Of a stretch of 64,000 nt of DNA, positions 29,476-39,946 are shown piece by piece (the stretch's first letter is position 1; each line of letters opens with the position of its first letter). Position numbers and translations under genes: made by a program. The notes below the pieces were generated by a model. That model was given only the letters and a program-made list of their open reading frames with translations, had not been told where the DNA came from and ran no database searches. This stretch comes from an uncultured Actinomycetota bacterium (GTDB taxonomy: Bacteria; Actinomycetota; Actinomycetes; JAHEKZ01). The stretch covers positions 1-64,000 of the forward strand of contig CAVQYR010000001.1 in the NCBI GenBank assembly GCA_963718235.1, in the 5' to 3' direction.

Positions 29476-30015
29476 ATGACCTTCGGCGCCAAGGACCGTG
29501 TCGACCCACCCCTCGCGCAAGATGAGGCGGCCACCCTGTTGGGCTTCCTCGACTACCAACGCGACACGCTGCGGTGGAAGTGTGCAGGCCTGACCGACAC
29601 TCAACTCGCAACGACGTTGGCACCGACCACGATGACTCTGGGTGGCCTGCTGAAGCACCTTGCCGTGGTGGAGGCAGGGTGGCTCAACCAGACGTTTGCC
29701 GGCGGAGTCGTCAAGCCGTCGTGGTTCGATGACCTGGTCCACGGGGACCCGGATTGGTCGTTCAGGTCGGCGGCGGAGGCCTCACCGGAGCAGCTGTTCG
29801 CCTGGTTCGACGAGTCGATCGAGGTTTCGAATCGGGTCATCAACAAGGCGATCGCCAGCCCCGACGGCCTCGGATCCCTCTCGGATGAGGTGCTCGAGGA
29901 CGGGCAGCGGTTCTCGTTGCGGTGGATCATGTGCCACCTGATCGAGGAGTACGCGCGCCACAACGGTCATGCCGACCTGCTCCGAGAGTCGATCGACGGG
30001 GTCACCGGCGAGTAG
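29476..30015 (+). CDS. DinB/DUF664 family protein
   Basis: TLGGLLKHLAVVE...HLIEEYARHNGHADLLRE. Confidence 0.9.
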   Translation: MTFGAKDRVDPPLAQDEAATLLGFLDYQRDTLRWKCAGLTDTQLATTLAPTTMTLGGLLKHLAVVEAGWLNQTFAGGVVKPSWFDDLVHGDPDWSFRSAAEASPEQLFAWFDESIEVSNRVINKAIASPDGLGSLSDEVLEDGQRFSLRWIMCHLIEEYARHNGHADLLRESIDGVTGE

Positions 30016-30025
30016 GGGCCCACGA

Positions 30026-30100
30026 ATGACCGGTCTCGGGTCGCCCGACCCGGCCACCGTCATCGACAACCGTGGCGACAAGGCGGTCCTCACCGACGGT
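30026..30100 (+). pseudogene. YciI-family gene fragment (5' side of the DGP motif)
   Basis: GLGSPDPATVIDNRGDKAVLTDG. Confidence 0.45.
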
Positions 30101-30138
30101 GGGAGAGCGGACTTCGCGGAGTTCCTGCTCGGGGTGCC

Positions 30139-30981
30139 CTACTTCGTGCCGACGATGCAGCGGGCCACGCCCGGAATCCTCACCTTGCCGTCGTCCTCGT
30201 AGGTACTGACCTTGGCGATGACGTCGTCGGCGATCCGCTCCCGCACCGCCTCGTCGACCTGCTGGAGCGCTGCAACTGCGAGCGAGACGTGCTCGCTGAT
30301 CATCTCCCAGTACTGGGCCGGCGACTCCGTCACGAGTTCGAGGTCGACGTCCCACTCGGCCACGGCGCGCAGCCCCGCAGCCTCGTACAGGGCACTGACG
30401 TATCCCGGGGCAGCGCACCGGAACATGCCTGGCCCGTCCGGGTCGGGGGGCGCCAGCTCCGCCTCCGTCGCGATCGCCTGCATGGCGAGCGTCGTCCACG
30501 GGTTTTCCTCGGGCTTGACCCATACCGACGAGCAGAGACGTCCGCCCGGCTTGAGCACTCGCGCGAACTCACGGGTCGCTTTGGTGACATCGGGAAGGAA
30601 CATGTAACCGAACCGCACCGAGACAGTGTCGAAGGTCGCGTCGCCGAACGGCAGGTCGTCGGCGCTGCACACCCTGGTCTCGAAGTTGCTGATCCCTTGC
30701 GCGTTTCCTCGTCGAGTCGCGATGTCGAGCATCTCAGCCGCAAGGTCGGTCAGAACGACATGTCCCCTTGGCGCACGCTGGGCGACCGTCAGCCCCGGCT
30801 CGCCAGTCCCCGCGGCGATGTCGAGATGCAGCTGATCATCGGCGATGTCGAGACGGTCGATCATCGCCGTGCTGACCGGGCCCAGCTGATCCATGATCAG
30901 TGCGTCCCACTTCTCCCAGCCCGCAGAGAGCCCGGCCCACGTCGCGCGCTGAGCGTCTCGGATCTCATCGTCGTTCGTCAT
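30139..30981 (-). CDS. Class I SAM-dependent methyltransferase
   Basis: LDIAAGTGEPG motif I; RVLKPGGR. Confidence 0.9.
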   Translation of the reverse strand: MTNDDEIRDAQRATWAGLSAGWEKWDALIMDQLGPVSTAMIDRLDIADDQLHLDIAAGTGEPGLTVAQRAPRGHVVLTDLAAEMLDIATRRGNAQGISNFETRVCSADDLPFGDATFDTVSVRFGYMFLPDVTKATREFARVLKPGGRLCSSVWVKPEENPWTTLAMQAIATEAELAPPDPDGPGMFRCAAPGYVSALYEAAGLRAVAEWDVDLELVTESPAQYWEMISEHVSLAVAALQQVDEAVRERIADDVIAKVSTYEDDGKVRIPGVARCIVGTK

Positions 30982-31052
30982 GGGCCCTCCGGGTGTGGGT
31001 GCATCCATCGAACACGAAGGATCCCGTCGGCGGGAGTGGATCGTGCTGGCTC

Positions 31053-31130
31053 GGGCCGTACCCGGAGACCAAGGAGGTCATCGGCGGGTTCTCGATCATC
31101 GAGGTCCCCACGTGCGAGGAGGCACTGAGC
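31053..31130 (+). pseudogene. YciI (DGPFAETKE) family fragment
   Basis: GPYPETKEVIGGFSIIEVPTCEEAL. Confidence 0.6.
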
Positions 31131-31177
31131 GCTTACCGTCGTTGCCGCCTAAGGACTGGTGGGGCTTCCTAACCTCC

Positions 31178-32107
31178 CTAGCGGAGCAACCGCTGGAGCT
31201 TCCGGTTGAATGTGTTGGCTATCTTCTGATGGCCCCTCGGGTTCGCGTGCGGATCGGTGAAGGAGTCCGGTGAGCAGAACCATGTCCATCGGCAGGTAAG
31301 GGCGACGTTCACAGGGAGCCTGCCCCTGCCTCGCACCACGGCCGTGTGCCTGAAATCGTCGATCCGGAAAGTTGCCGCTACATCCGCCACTTTGGCCCCA
31401 CTGCCCTCGAACGCGGTTGTCAGCCCGGCGTTCAGTACCTTCCACGCCCGCTGGTCGGCTCGCGCCAAGGCGCGACCTCCGGGGATCAGTCCCCATAGTC
31501 CCAGGAACGGGTCGTAGTAGGTCATGCCGACAATAGGCACACCCTCTCCGGCCGCAGAACTCAAGGAACCGACGATGCGTTCCAGCCTCCTCTGCAGCCG
31601 AGGGCGTTGGTCGACCGCGCAGGCCTTGTCGATCAGGCCGGTACGCCCGTCGAAGCAACGATTCACCAGGTCGTTTGCACCGACCTCGACCGTGATGAAC
31701 GCGACCTGCCCTGGGTGTGCCCTCAAGAAGGAGACCGCAGCGTCGAGTTGTGAACCGGCTCGGTAGTGGCAGCGCGAGTTCTCACCGGTGATCATCGAAC
31801 GGCTGGTCTCGCCACGACAACTCACATTGCGGAGGTCGAGCCCAGGGATCTGCTGCCGGGTGTTTCGCCAGAGCTCGTCTACGAATCCCTGTTTGGTCTT
31901 GCCCTTGCCTGGCTGGTAGCCGAGCGAAAGCGACGTTCCGAGCGAGAGATAGGAGATGGACCCACTGCGCGCAGCACCATCGACGACCGACGGGGCCTTG
32001 GGGGCTGACTCCGCAGCCAAGCCGATGGCAGGATCTAGCAGGAGCACCCCAACCGCGGCGCCGAGGAGAGCCATTCGCAGGTGGTGGGGCGTTCGCGAGA
32101 TCCTCAT
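31178..32107 (-). CDS. Secreted SGNH/GDSL hydrolase
   Basis: Signal peptide; YLSLGTSLS, SCRGETS, VGANDL, DPHAN. Confidence 0.82.
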   Translation of the reverse strand: MRISRTPHHLRMALLGAAVGVLLLDPAIGLAAESAPKAPSVVDGAARSGSISYLSLGTSLSLGYQPGKGKTKQGFVDELWRNTRQQIPGLDLRNVSCRGETSRSMITGENSRCHYRAGSQLDAAVSFLRAHPGQVAFITVEVGANDLVNRCFDGRTGLIDKACAVDQRPRLQRRLERIVGSLSSAAGEGVPIVGMTYYDPFLGLWGLIPGGRALARADQRAWKVLNAGLTTAFEGSGAKVADVAATFRIDDFRHTAVVRGRGRLPVNVALTCRWTWFCSPDSFTDPHANPRGHQKIANTFNRKLQRLLR

Positions 32108-32295
32108 GAGGGGTTCCTCCTCGACCGGCGTGCTTGCGGTCCGGGCCAGTCTGTGCCGGTGGCGCGACCCTTGGCAAGGGAGGACGCCGGCGGATGCAGT
32201 GAAGAGCGCTGGGGGAGCGTAGGCCGGTCAGGATCAAAGCCTCTTCTCGGTTCTCCACGACCGGCGGTACGGTCCGATCAGGGAAGGGACACACG

Positions 32296-33270
32296 ATGAA
32301 GGCGATCGTCCAGCAAGAGTACGGCGCACCGCAGGATGTCCTGAAGCTCGCAGAGGTCGACCTGCCCGCGGTTGGGGACGAAGACGTGTTGGTGGCGGTG
32401 CGGGCCAGCTCGGCCAACCCATGGGACTGGCACTTCATCCGCGGCGAACCAGTCCTGATGCGCCCCACCGGCCTCGGCGGCGTCCGCAAACCGACATTTC
32501 TCATCCCCGGCGGAGATGTGGCAGGAACGGTCGAGCGGGTCGGCGCACAGGTGAGCGGATTCACCGTCGGCGATCAGGTCTACGGCTTCGGCCATGGCGC
32601 GTTCGCCGAGTACGTCTCAGTCCCTCAGGGGAACCTCGCCCACATGCCGGCGAGCCTGACCTTCGAGCAGGCCGCGGCAGTGCCCCTCGGGGCTGTCACC
32701 GCCCTGCAAGGGTTGCGGGCCGGCGGCCTCCAGGCCGGGCAGCACGTCCTCATCATCGGCGCCTCCGGCGGCGTCGGGACGTTCGCCGTCCAGATGGCCA
32801 AGCACCTCGGTGCGGAAGTCACCGGCGTCTGCAGCACCCGCAACGTCGACCTCGTGCGTCGACTCGGGGCCGACCACGTCATCGACTACACGACCCAGGA
32901 CGTCTTCAGTGGTCCCACGCGCTACGACCTGGTGCTCCAGCTCGGGGGGACCTACCGCCCGACGGCGATCCGCAAGGCCCTCACTCCTCGGGGCACACTG
33001 ATCCAGTCCTATGGTGACGGCAACCGCTGGTGGGGGCCCCTCGGCAACATCGTGGCAGCCGCGGCGCTCAGCCCGTTCATCGGCCAGACCCTCAAGACCT
33101 TCGTTGCCAAGGAGACGACCGAGACTCTCGACGAGATCACCGAGCTCATCGAGTCCAGGAACCTGATCCCGTCATCGACCGGAGCTTTCCCGCTCGCCGA
33201 CGCCGCACAGGCCGTAATGCTGGTCGAACAGGGTCACCCGGCTGGCAAGGTCACCGTCACCGTCCCCTAG
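32296..33270 (+). CDS. NAD(P)-dependent MDR-family (quinone oxidoreductase-like) dehydrogenase
   Basis: GASGGVGTFAVQ; LGADHVIDY. Confidence 0.9.
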   Translation: MKAIVQQEYGAPQDVLKLAEVDLPAVGDEDVLVAVRASSANPWDWHFIRGEPVLMRPTGLGGVRKPTFLIPGGDVAGTVERVGAQVSGFTVGDQVYGFGHGAFAEYVSVPQGNLAHMPASLTFEQAAAVPLGAVTALQGLRAGGLQAGQHVLIIGASGGVGTFAVQMAKHLGAEVTGVCSTRNVDLVRRLGADHVIDYTTQDVFSGPTRYDLVLQLGGTYRPTAIRKALTPRGTLIQSYGDGNRWWGPLGNIVAAAALSPFIGQTLKTFVAKETTETLDEITELIESRNLIPSSTGAFPLADAAQAVMLVEQGHPAGKVTVTVP

Positions 33271-33328
33271 CAGACCGAGGCGGGTGAACGGCCAGCTGCG
33301 GACTGCACGAGCGTCTTGTGCAGGACAG

Positions 33329-33520
33329 TCATCTGCTGCCCGTTCCGCGTCGTGATGTCTCTTGCCGGACCCAGCCACACCGCTGGTAGAGCGCGAGGGC
33401 GAGTTCAGTGCCGACCCAGGCTTCGTCGATGCCATGCCCGGCTGCCCGCTGTTCCGGGTACTGCATCAGTGCACGCCCCACTCCCTCTCCCCGGCGGCCG
33501 GTGCAGTACGCCCAACCCAC
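33329..33520 (-). pseudogene. GNAT acetyltransferase remnant
   Basis: RRGEGVGRALM...ALYQRCGW C-terminal GNAT motifs only. Confidence 0.45.
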
Positions 33521-33756
33521 CGAGGAGGGCGCATGACACCGGCCCCCGCGCAGCTTCGTGAGTTCGCCGAGGGCTTGTAAGGGGAGAGCCCCGGACGGCG
33601 CTCACGCCCGCTCGATCCGGGCGAGTTTGCCCACGGGCCGCGGAGCACGCCGCCTCCGTCTGACGCCACGTCGCTGCGCGATCCCAAGAGAAGTCCTTCG
33701 ACCCTGACGCGACCGGATCGTTCGCGAAAGAATTGGGGTGACTGGAGGTGCACGCC

Positions 33757-34491
33757 ATGAATGGAAGGCGTGAACACAAGGCCGCCGCTACCACAGCGGG
33801 GATCCTCTACATCACCGGAACGCTGGCCGGAGTCCTCAGTGGAGTAGTCCTTGCGCCAGTCAGTGACGCGCAGGACCCACTGGCTTCCGCCGCAGAGCAC
33901 TCGAGCAGCGTGGCAACCGGCGCGCTGCTCGTGCTCGTCATGGGGCTGTCTCTCGCGTTCGTCCCCATCGTGCTGTTCCCGGTGCTGAGCCAGGTGAACC
34001 AGGCGCTGGCACTCGGCTACCTGATCCTGCGTGGGGCGGTGGAGACCGTCTTCTACATCGTCCTCGCGATCAGTCTGTTGTTCCTCGCACCGATGGGTGA
34101 GGCCCTGGTTGCAGGCGGGAACACGACATCACCGGCAGGCGTCCGACTCGGTAGTCTCGTCATCGACGCTGACGCCACGAATGCCGTGGGCGCCCTTGTG
34201 TTCTGCCTGGGTGCCGCCCTGTTCTACGTACTGCTCTACTGGTCGCAGATCGTTCCGCGCTGGATCTCGATCTGGGGACTTGCGGCGATCCCCGTGTACG
34301 TAGCTGCGGACCTCCTCGCCATGTATGGCGTCGTCAGTGCGAACTCCTCCGAGCAGGTCATGTTGTTCATGCCGCTGGCTGTGCAGGAAATGGTGCTGGC
34401 GGTCTGGATGATCGCGCGCGGCTTCCGGCCGTCGGTGGTCCCCACCACGTCCGAGGTCGAGCGCCCCTCACTGGCCGTCGCCTCGCGGTAG
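33757..34491 (+). CDS. DUF4386-like membrane protein
   Basis: AGILYI, multiple TM segments, VPRWISIWGL, EMVLAVWMIARGF. Confidence 0.75.
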   Translation: MNGRREHKAAATTAGILYITGTLAGVLSGVVLAPVSDAQDPLASAAEHSSSVATGALLVLVMGLSLAFVPIVLFPVLSQVNQALALGYLILRGAVETVFYIVLAISLLFLAPMGEALVAGGNTTSPAGVRLGSLVIDADATNAVGALVFCLGAALFYVLLYWSQIVPRWISIWGLAAIPVYVAADLLAMYGVVSANSSEQVMLFMPLAVQEMVLAVWMIARGFRPSVVPTTSEVERPSLAVASR

Positions 34492-34537
34492 GACCTTGGC
34501 CTCTGGCCGTCGACGACGGTGGCACGACTCTGGAGGT

Positions 34538-35747
34538 GTGGCTACGGGTGCGCGAGACCCTGCCCGTGGGCCCGCGCCGAGGCGGCACGGTTCTGCGGCG
34601 GAGCAGTGGGCAGTCGGGCGTCGGCTCTACGTGGACAACCTCAAGGTTCTCCTGATCGCGGCCATCATTGCTGGGCACGCCTTGGGCAGCTACACGTCGA
34701 TGGAGTTGTGGTCGTACGCCGACGTGCGCGAGGTGACGCTGACCCCGGCCACCGAAGGCGCCCTGCTCGCGGTTCTCGCTCCGTTCGCGCTGTTCATGAT
34801 TCCTCTTCTGTTCCTGATCGCCGGCTTGCTCACCCCGCCCTCGGTGGAACGAAAGGGCCACGCAGGGTACGTCCGGGACCGGCTGCTACGACTGGGCGTT
34901 CCGTTCGCGGTGTTCGTCCTCTTGCTGTGGCCCCTGCTGCTGTACGCCTTGTACCGCCCATTGGGCAACGCCGCAGGCTCTTACTGGACCGAGTTCATCG
35001 GAACCCGGGAGGAGAGCCTCGACACCGGCTATCTCTGGTTCATCGGTGACCTCCTGATCTTCTCGCTCGCCTACGTGGCTTGGCGCAAGCTGCGTCCCGG
35101 TCACACCGGGGGCCGCGACCCGTCCGAGCTGCACTTCGGCCACCTGATGGCGATCGTCGCTGCGGTGACCGTCGCGACCTTCCTCGTCCGACTGGGCTTC
35201 CCCTTCAACAGCGAGAACATCGTTGACCTCAACCTGTACCAGTGGCCGGAGTGCGTGGCACTCTTCGCGCTCGGCATCGCAGCCTCCAGCAGGGACTGGC
35301 TGCGGTACGTGCCGGACCGGCTCCGAAGGCAGTGTCGTACCGCAACCCTCACGGCAGTGGGTGGCTTTGCCCTCTTCGTGGTCTTGGGGGCGGTGTTCGG
35401 GGCGATCGACGAAGAAGGGTGGCGAGGCGGCTGGAGCCTGGGCGCTCTGGTCGTTCGCCACGCTGGAAGCAGCCCTCGCTGTGTTCGGGCCGGTGTGGCT
35501 GCTCGGCGCCGCACAACGACACCTCGACCGTCCGTTGCGATGGGCCGGCCCTCAGGTCAGCCGCAGCGCCTACGGTGCGTTCCTGGTGCAAGGTCTGGTG
35601 CTGATCGGACTAGCCGTCGCCCTGCGTCCAGCACCGGTCCCGGCAGAGGTCAAGGCGCTCCTCGTGGCGTGCGGTGGCGTCGTGGCATCGTTCGTGGTCG
35701 CCTGGCTCCTGGTCAGCCGAGTACCAGGGGTGGCCCGCGTCGTGTAG
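34538..35747 (+). CDS. Acyltransferase-3 family membrane protein (frameshifted)
   Basis: RLYVDNLKV, DRLLRLGVP, YLWFI; continues in a second frame to RVPGVARVV; start approximate. Confidence 0.8.
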
Positions 35748-35848
35748 AGCGCGAGGCGGCACCGATGACGTGACCACCGGCCCATGCGGGACCGCCCTTC
35801 GGTGCGGGAGAATGGGACCCGGCAAGGCCATCGTCGAATGGAGTCACC

Positions 35849-36628
35849 GTGCCCGAGACCCCGGCTGGCTGGTACCCAGACCCCCAGGACCCGAGTTACC
35901 TCCGCTACTGGAACGGTGTGGCGTGGACCGAACAGCGAGCGCCCCTTCAGCCGGCCCCACTGCCGCCTATGCCGGCCCCCGTGGCGCCGGTGGCTGCAGC
36001 GACGCCCTATCCAGCCCGGCTCCAGGTGGACCACGCCGCGTCGTACAACCGGCTGACGACGTTCTTCCGGCTGGTGCTGATCATCCCGATCGCCATCATC
36101 TTGAGCATCCTCACCGCAGGCGGCACGCAGACCGTCTCCGACGAGGCAGGAAGGACGGTCACGACAACCACCGGTGGGATCGTCTCCGGACTGTTCTTCG
36201 CCACGCTCCTGATGATCCTGTTCCGCAAGCGCTACCCGCGCTGGTGGTTCGACTTCGCGCAGGAGCTGGCCCGGTTCTCCACCCGCATCGGCGCGTACCT
36301 GGCACTGCTGACCGATGAGTACCCGTCGACCGTCGACCACCAGCGAGTCCACCTCGACCTCGACTACCCCGATGCCGAAGCGGACCTCAAACGCGGGCTG
36401 CCGCTCGTCAAGTGGTTCTTGGCGATCCCCCACTTCATCGTGCTGTTCGCGCTCACCATTGCGGCGTTCTTCGCCGTCGTCGCTGCATGGTTCGCCATCC
36501 TCTTCACCGGCCGCTACCCCCGCGGCCTCTTCGACTTCGTCGTCGGGGTTGGTCGCTGGTGGCTGCGCGTGGACGCCTACGCGTTCCTGCTCGTGACCGA
36601 CCGCTACCCACCCTTCTCCTTGAACTGA
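35849..36628 (+). CDS. DUF2510 + DUF4389 membrane protein
   Basis: PAGWYPDP...RYWNGVAWT; LTDEYP and VTDRYPPFSL repeats. Confidence 0.85.
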   Translation: MPETPAGWYPDPQDPSYLRYWNGVAWTEQRAPLQPAPLPPMPAPVAPVAAATPYPARLQVDHAASYNRLTTFFRLVLIIPIAIILSILTAGGTQTVSDEAGRTVTTTTGGIVSGLFFATLLMILFRKRYPRWWFDFAQELARFSTRIGAYLALLTDEYPSTVDHQRVHLDLDYPDAEADLKRGLPLVKWFLAIPHFIVLFALTIAAFFAVVAAWFAILFTGRYPRGLFDFVVGVGRWWLRVDAYAFLLVTDRYPPFSLN

Positions 36629-36689
36629 CGGCGCCGGGGCACCGGCCCCTGGCGTACTTGGAAGCGTCGCCCCTACGGGAGGTTCCACC

Positions 36690-37166
36690 ATGACCAACGC
36701 GACAGCTCAACCCCCGAAGATGCCACCAACCTGGTTCATGCACACGTTCTGGCGCGTTCACCGCACACTCAACCGACTCAGCGGCGGCCGGTTCCTGTGG
36801 ACCACAGCGAGCAAGCGCGGCTGGGGGGCGCTGCGTCTCACGACCATCGGGCGCAAGTCGGGGCAGCAGCGCAACGTCATCGTCGGCTACCTCGAGGACG
36901 GCCCCAACCTCGTCACCCTCGCGATGAACGGCTGGGGTGAGGGCCACCCCGCGTGGTGGCTCAACCTGGAGGCACACCCCGACGCCGTCGTGCGTCTGTC
37001 CCACCAACCGCCGCGCCCGGTGCGGGCCCACGCGGCGACGGGCGAGGAGCGCGAGCGGCTCTGGCAGCTCTGGGCGACCGTCGACGACGATCTCGACGGG
37101 TACGCCGGCCTGCGGTCGACCGAGACGCCCGTCGTCGTCCTCGAGCCGCGTGAAGAGCCCGTCTAG
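36690..37166 (+). CDS. F420-dependent (Ddn-like) nitroreductase family oxidoreductase
   Basis: LTTIGRKSGQQR; HPAWWLNLEAHP; PVVVLEP. Confidence 0.88.
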   Translation: MTNATAQPPKMPPTWFMHTFWRVHRTLNRLSGGRFLWTTASKRGWGALRLTTIGRKSGQQRNVIVGYLEDGPNLVTLAMNGWGEGHPAWWLNLEAHPDAVVRLSHQPPRPVRAHAATGEERERLWQLWATVDDDLDGYAGLRSTETPVVVLEPREEPV

Positions 37167-37179
37167 CTACTGTCGGGCC

Positions 37180-37986
37180 ATGACTGAGTTCACCGACGAA
37201 GACATGGCGGGCGCCAGGTTCCAGCATGTCGACTTGAGGAACGCCCGGTTCGAACGGGTGAACCTGAGCGGGGCCGAGGTTCGCATGACCACCCTCGCCG
37301 GCGCAACGTTCCACGCGGTCGAGATGACCAACGTCGTCATGCACGGCGTCGAGCTGGTCGACGTCGAAATCCACGGCGAGATCGAGAACCTGACGATCAA
37401 CGGCGTCGACGTCGGGCCTCTGATCGACGCGGAGCTGGACCAGCGCCATCCCGGCCGAGCCCTGATGCGCCCGGTCGACGCCGAGGGGTTCCGCGAGGCA
37501 TGGGGCCTCATCGAGCGGCTGTGGGCCGAGACCGTCGAGCGCGCGCGTCACCTGCCTCCGCAGCTGCTGCACGAGTCCGTCGGGGGTGAGTGGTCGTTCA
37601 TCGAGACGCTGCGGCACTTGAGCTTCGCCACCGACTCCTGGATCCGACGCGCCGTCCTCGGCGACCCGTCGCCCTGGGACCCCCTGGACCTCCCCTGGGA
37701 CGAGATGCCCGACACCCCGGGCGTCCCGCGCGACCGAGACGTGCGACCGTCACTCGACGTCGTACTCGCCCTGCGTCACGACCGGATGTCGACCGTGCGG
37801 GCCGTCCTCGACGACCTGACCGACGAGTCCTTGGCCGCGGACACCGAACCGGTTCACGGACCGGGGTGGCCGGAGCCCCGCAGCTACCCGGTGCGTGAGT
37901 GTCTGCGCTGCATCCTCAACGAGGAGTGGGAACACCGGCTGTACGCCGAGCGCGACCTGGACGCGTTGGAGGCGCGCACCATCTAG
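37180..37986 (+). CDS. Pentapeptide-repeat + DinB family protein
   Basis: DMAGARF/DLRNARF/NLSGAEV; EWSFIETLRHL; EEWEHRLYAERDL. Confidence 0.85.
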   Translation: MTEFTDEDMAGARFQHVDLRNARFERVNLSGAEVRMTTLAGATFHAVEMTNVVMHGVELVDVEIHGEIENLTINGVDVGPLIDAELDQRHPGRALMRPVDAEGFREAWGLIERLWAETVERARHLPPQLLHESVGGEWSFIETLRHLSFATDSWIRRAVLGDPSPWDPLDLPWDEMPDTPGVPRDRDVRPSLDVVLALRHDRMSTVRAVLDDLTDESLAADTEPVHGPGWPEPRSYPVRECLRCILNEEWEHRLYAERDLDALEARTI

Positions 37987-38001
37987 CGCTGTGGCCTTGC
38001 G

Positions 38002-38580
38002 CTACGGCGTGCGACCGATGCTCTCGTGGAAGCCCGGCTCGTCGGCGACCGGCGGCCACAAGTAGCTGTGACCGAGATCCTCACCCCACTTCGTGGCGCG
38101 GGCGCTCTCACCGTCGACCAGATTCGAGTGCCGGTCCACCAGGAAGCTCTCGGGGTCAGCCGCGATCGTGAAGCCGTGCTTGACGAGTCGGTGGCTGATT
38201 CCGCGCGACGCGCGTCCGGTCAGGATCGCGGCGGTGTCGATGCGGGTGTCGAAAGCGGCGGCTCTCTTGTCCTCGACCGGGCGGAGTGCGTCGAACCAGT
38301 CACGCAGCCCCGGGCCCGCCGCGTCGGGGTCGACGTGCAAGGTGCTCTCCGGCTTGTCCGTGGCCTCGACGGCGCTCTTGCGCGACATGGCCGAGGTCAT
38401 GCCGTGGGCGTGGGTGGGGCCACCGACCACCACCAGGTCGGCCCAGGCCACCTCCTGGTCGGTGGCGTCAGTGACCGACGCCACGTGGACCTCGCCGCGC
38501 GGACGAAGCCCCTCGGCGATGTGGTCGGCGATCTCGTGGGTGTTGCCGTACATGGACTCGTAGACGATCAGCGTACGCAT
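38002..38580 (-). CDS. Flavodoxin-family protein
   Basis: IVYESMYGNT; VVGGPTH; AAAFDTR. Confidence 0.88.
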   Translation of the reverse strand: MRTLIVYESMYGNTHEIADHIAEGLRPRGEVHVASVTDATDQEVAWADLVVVGGPTHAHGMTSAMSRKSAVEATDKPESTLHVDPDAAGPGLRDWFDALRPVEDKRAAAFDTRIDTAAILTGRASRGISHRLVKHGFTIAADPESFLVDRHSNLVDGESARATKWGEDLGHSYLWPPVADEPGFHESIGRTP

Positions 38581-38695
38581 GATCCACCTCCCTGCGTGCT
38601 GCTCCGAGCATGCGACTCCGCAGCGCCGACGGCCAGGGCCGGACGTCCCCCACCCGCGCAGGCGCGCGCCCCCCAGCGACTGGGACACTCAGGCC

Positions 38696-39388
38696 ATGTT
38701 GAACACTTCTGTGACCAGGGTGGACTTCGGCTACTTCGTTCGTCCGGCTGAGGAGACCCTGACCGGCTCCCCTCGCGTGGAGCCGTGCCTGGGCTATGTG
38801 GTGAGGCACCGTCATGGAGCACTGCTCTTCGACACGGGCATGGGCACCCACCCCGACGTCGACGCCCACTACCGACCCCGTCGAAGGGGGCTCGAGGAGG
38901 CGCTTCACAGCAGCGGACTGCGGCTCGAGGAGGTCACCGAGGTGGCGAACTGCCATCTGCACTTCGACCACTGCGGCGGCAACCCACGACTGGCGGGGCG
39001 GCCCTTCTTCACCCAGACCAGCGAGCTCGCCGCCGCCAGGGGAACCCAGGACTACACCCTGCCGGAGCTGGTGGACCCACCGGGCACTCGATGGGAGGAG
39101 CTGGACGGCGAGACCGAGATCCTCCCCGGCGTCGTCCTCATGCCGACTCCCGGGCACACCGAGGGGCACCAGTCACTCGTCGTCCGGCGCAGCGACGGAG
39201 TCGTGATCGTCGCCGGGCAGAGCCACGACACGGCCAGCCAGTACGCCGCGGATGCTCTTGCCCTGAGGGCCCACAAGGACGGGCACGGAGCACCGTTGCC
39301 CGTTCCGCCGGTGTGGCAGGAAGCACTGCAGCGACTGGACCCTTCCCGCGTCGTGTTTGCGCACGACCACTCCGTCTGGGTGCCCTGA
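38696..39388 (+). CDS. Metallo-beta-lactamase-fold hydrolase (AHL-lactonase-like)
   Basis: HLHFDHCGG, TPGHTEGH, C-terminal FAHD. Confidence 0.85.
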   Translation: MLNTSVTRVDFGYFVRPAEETLTGSPRVEPCLGYVVRHRHGALLFDTGMGTHPDVDAHYRPRRRGLEEALHSSGLRLEEVTEVANCHLHFDHCGGNPRLAGRPFFTQTSELAAARGTQDYTLPELVDPPGTRWEELDGETEILPGVVLMPTPGHTEGHQSLVVRRSDGVVIVAGQSHDTASQYAADALALRAHKDGHGAPLPVPPVWQEALQRLDPSRVVFAHDHSVWVP

Positions 39389-39418
39389 GGCGCGAGGGCA
39401 GTCAGCCATACTCCGCGG

Positions 39419-39946
39419 ATGGCTGAGCAGCTCGCCGAAGCGACCACCGACGACGACTACGCGGCCTTCGGCACCCTCGTGCGCGAGTACTGGCAGTGGC
39501 TCCACGCGCGTTATGCCGACCTACCGGGGTTCATCGACGCCGTGGGTGGCCACCAGGCACTGGACGCCGAGCTGAGCTCACTGCGCGAGACCTACGGTCC
39601 CCCGGCGGGCAAGACGCTCCTCGCCGTCCGCGAGGGTGAGGTCAGCGGGGGGATCGCGTACCGAGACCTCGGCGACGGGGCGTGCGAGATGAAGCGGCTG
39701 TTCGTCCCCGACCAGTTCCAGGGACAGGGCATCGGCCGCAGACTGTGCCAAGCGTTGGTCGACGTGGCCACAGCTGATGGCTACCGGCTCATGCGCCTGG
39801 ACACCGGCAACCAGAACACCGAGGCGATCACGATGTACGAGTCACTCGGCTTCCGTGAGTGCCCGCCCTACCACCAGTACCCGGCCGAGCTCATGGCCCA
39901 CCTGCGGTTCATGGAGAGGCCGCTGGACAACCGCGACTCAGGCTAG
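39419..39946 (+). CDS. GNAT acetyltransferase
   Basis: CEMKRLFV...QGQGIGR...AITMYESLGF. Confidence 0.9.
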   Translation: MAEQLAEATTDDDYAAFGTLVREYWQWLHARYADLPGFIDAVGGHQALDAELSSLRETYGPPAGKTLLAVREGEVSGGIAYRDLGDGACEMKRLFVPDQFQGQGIGRRLCQALVDVATADGYRLMRLDTGNQNTEAITMYESLGFRECPPYHQYPAELMAHLRFMERPLDNRDSG

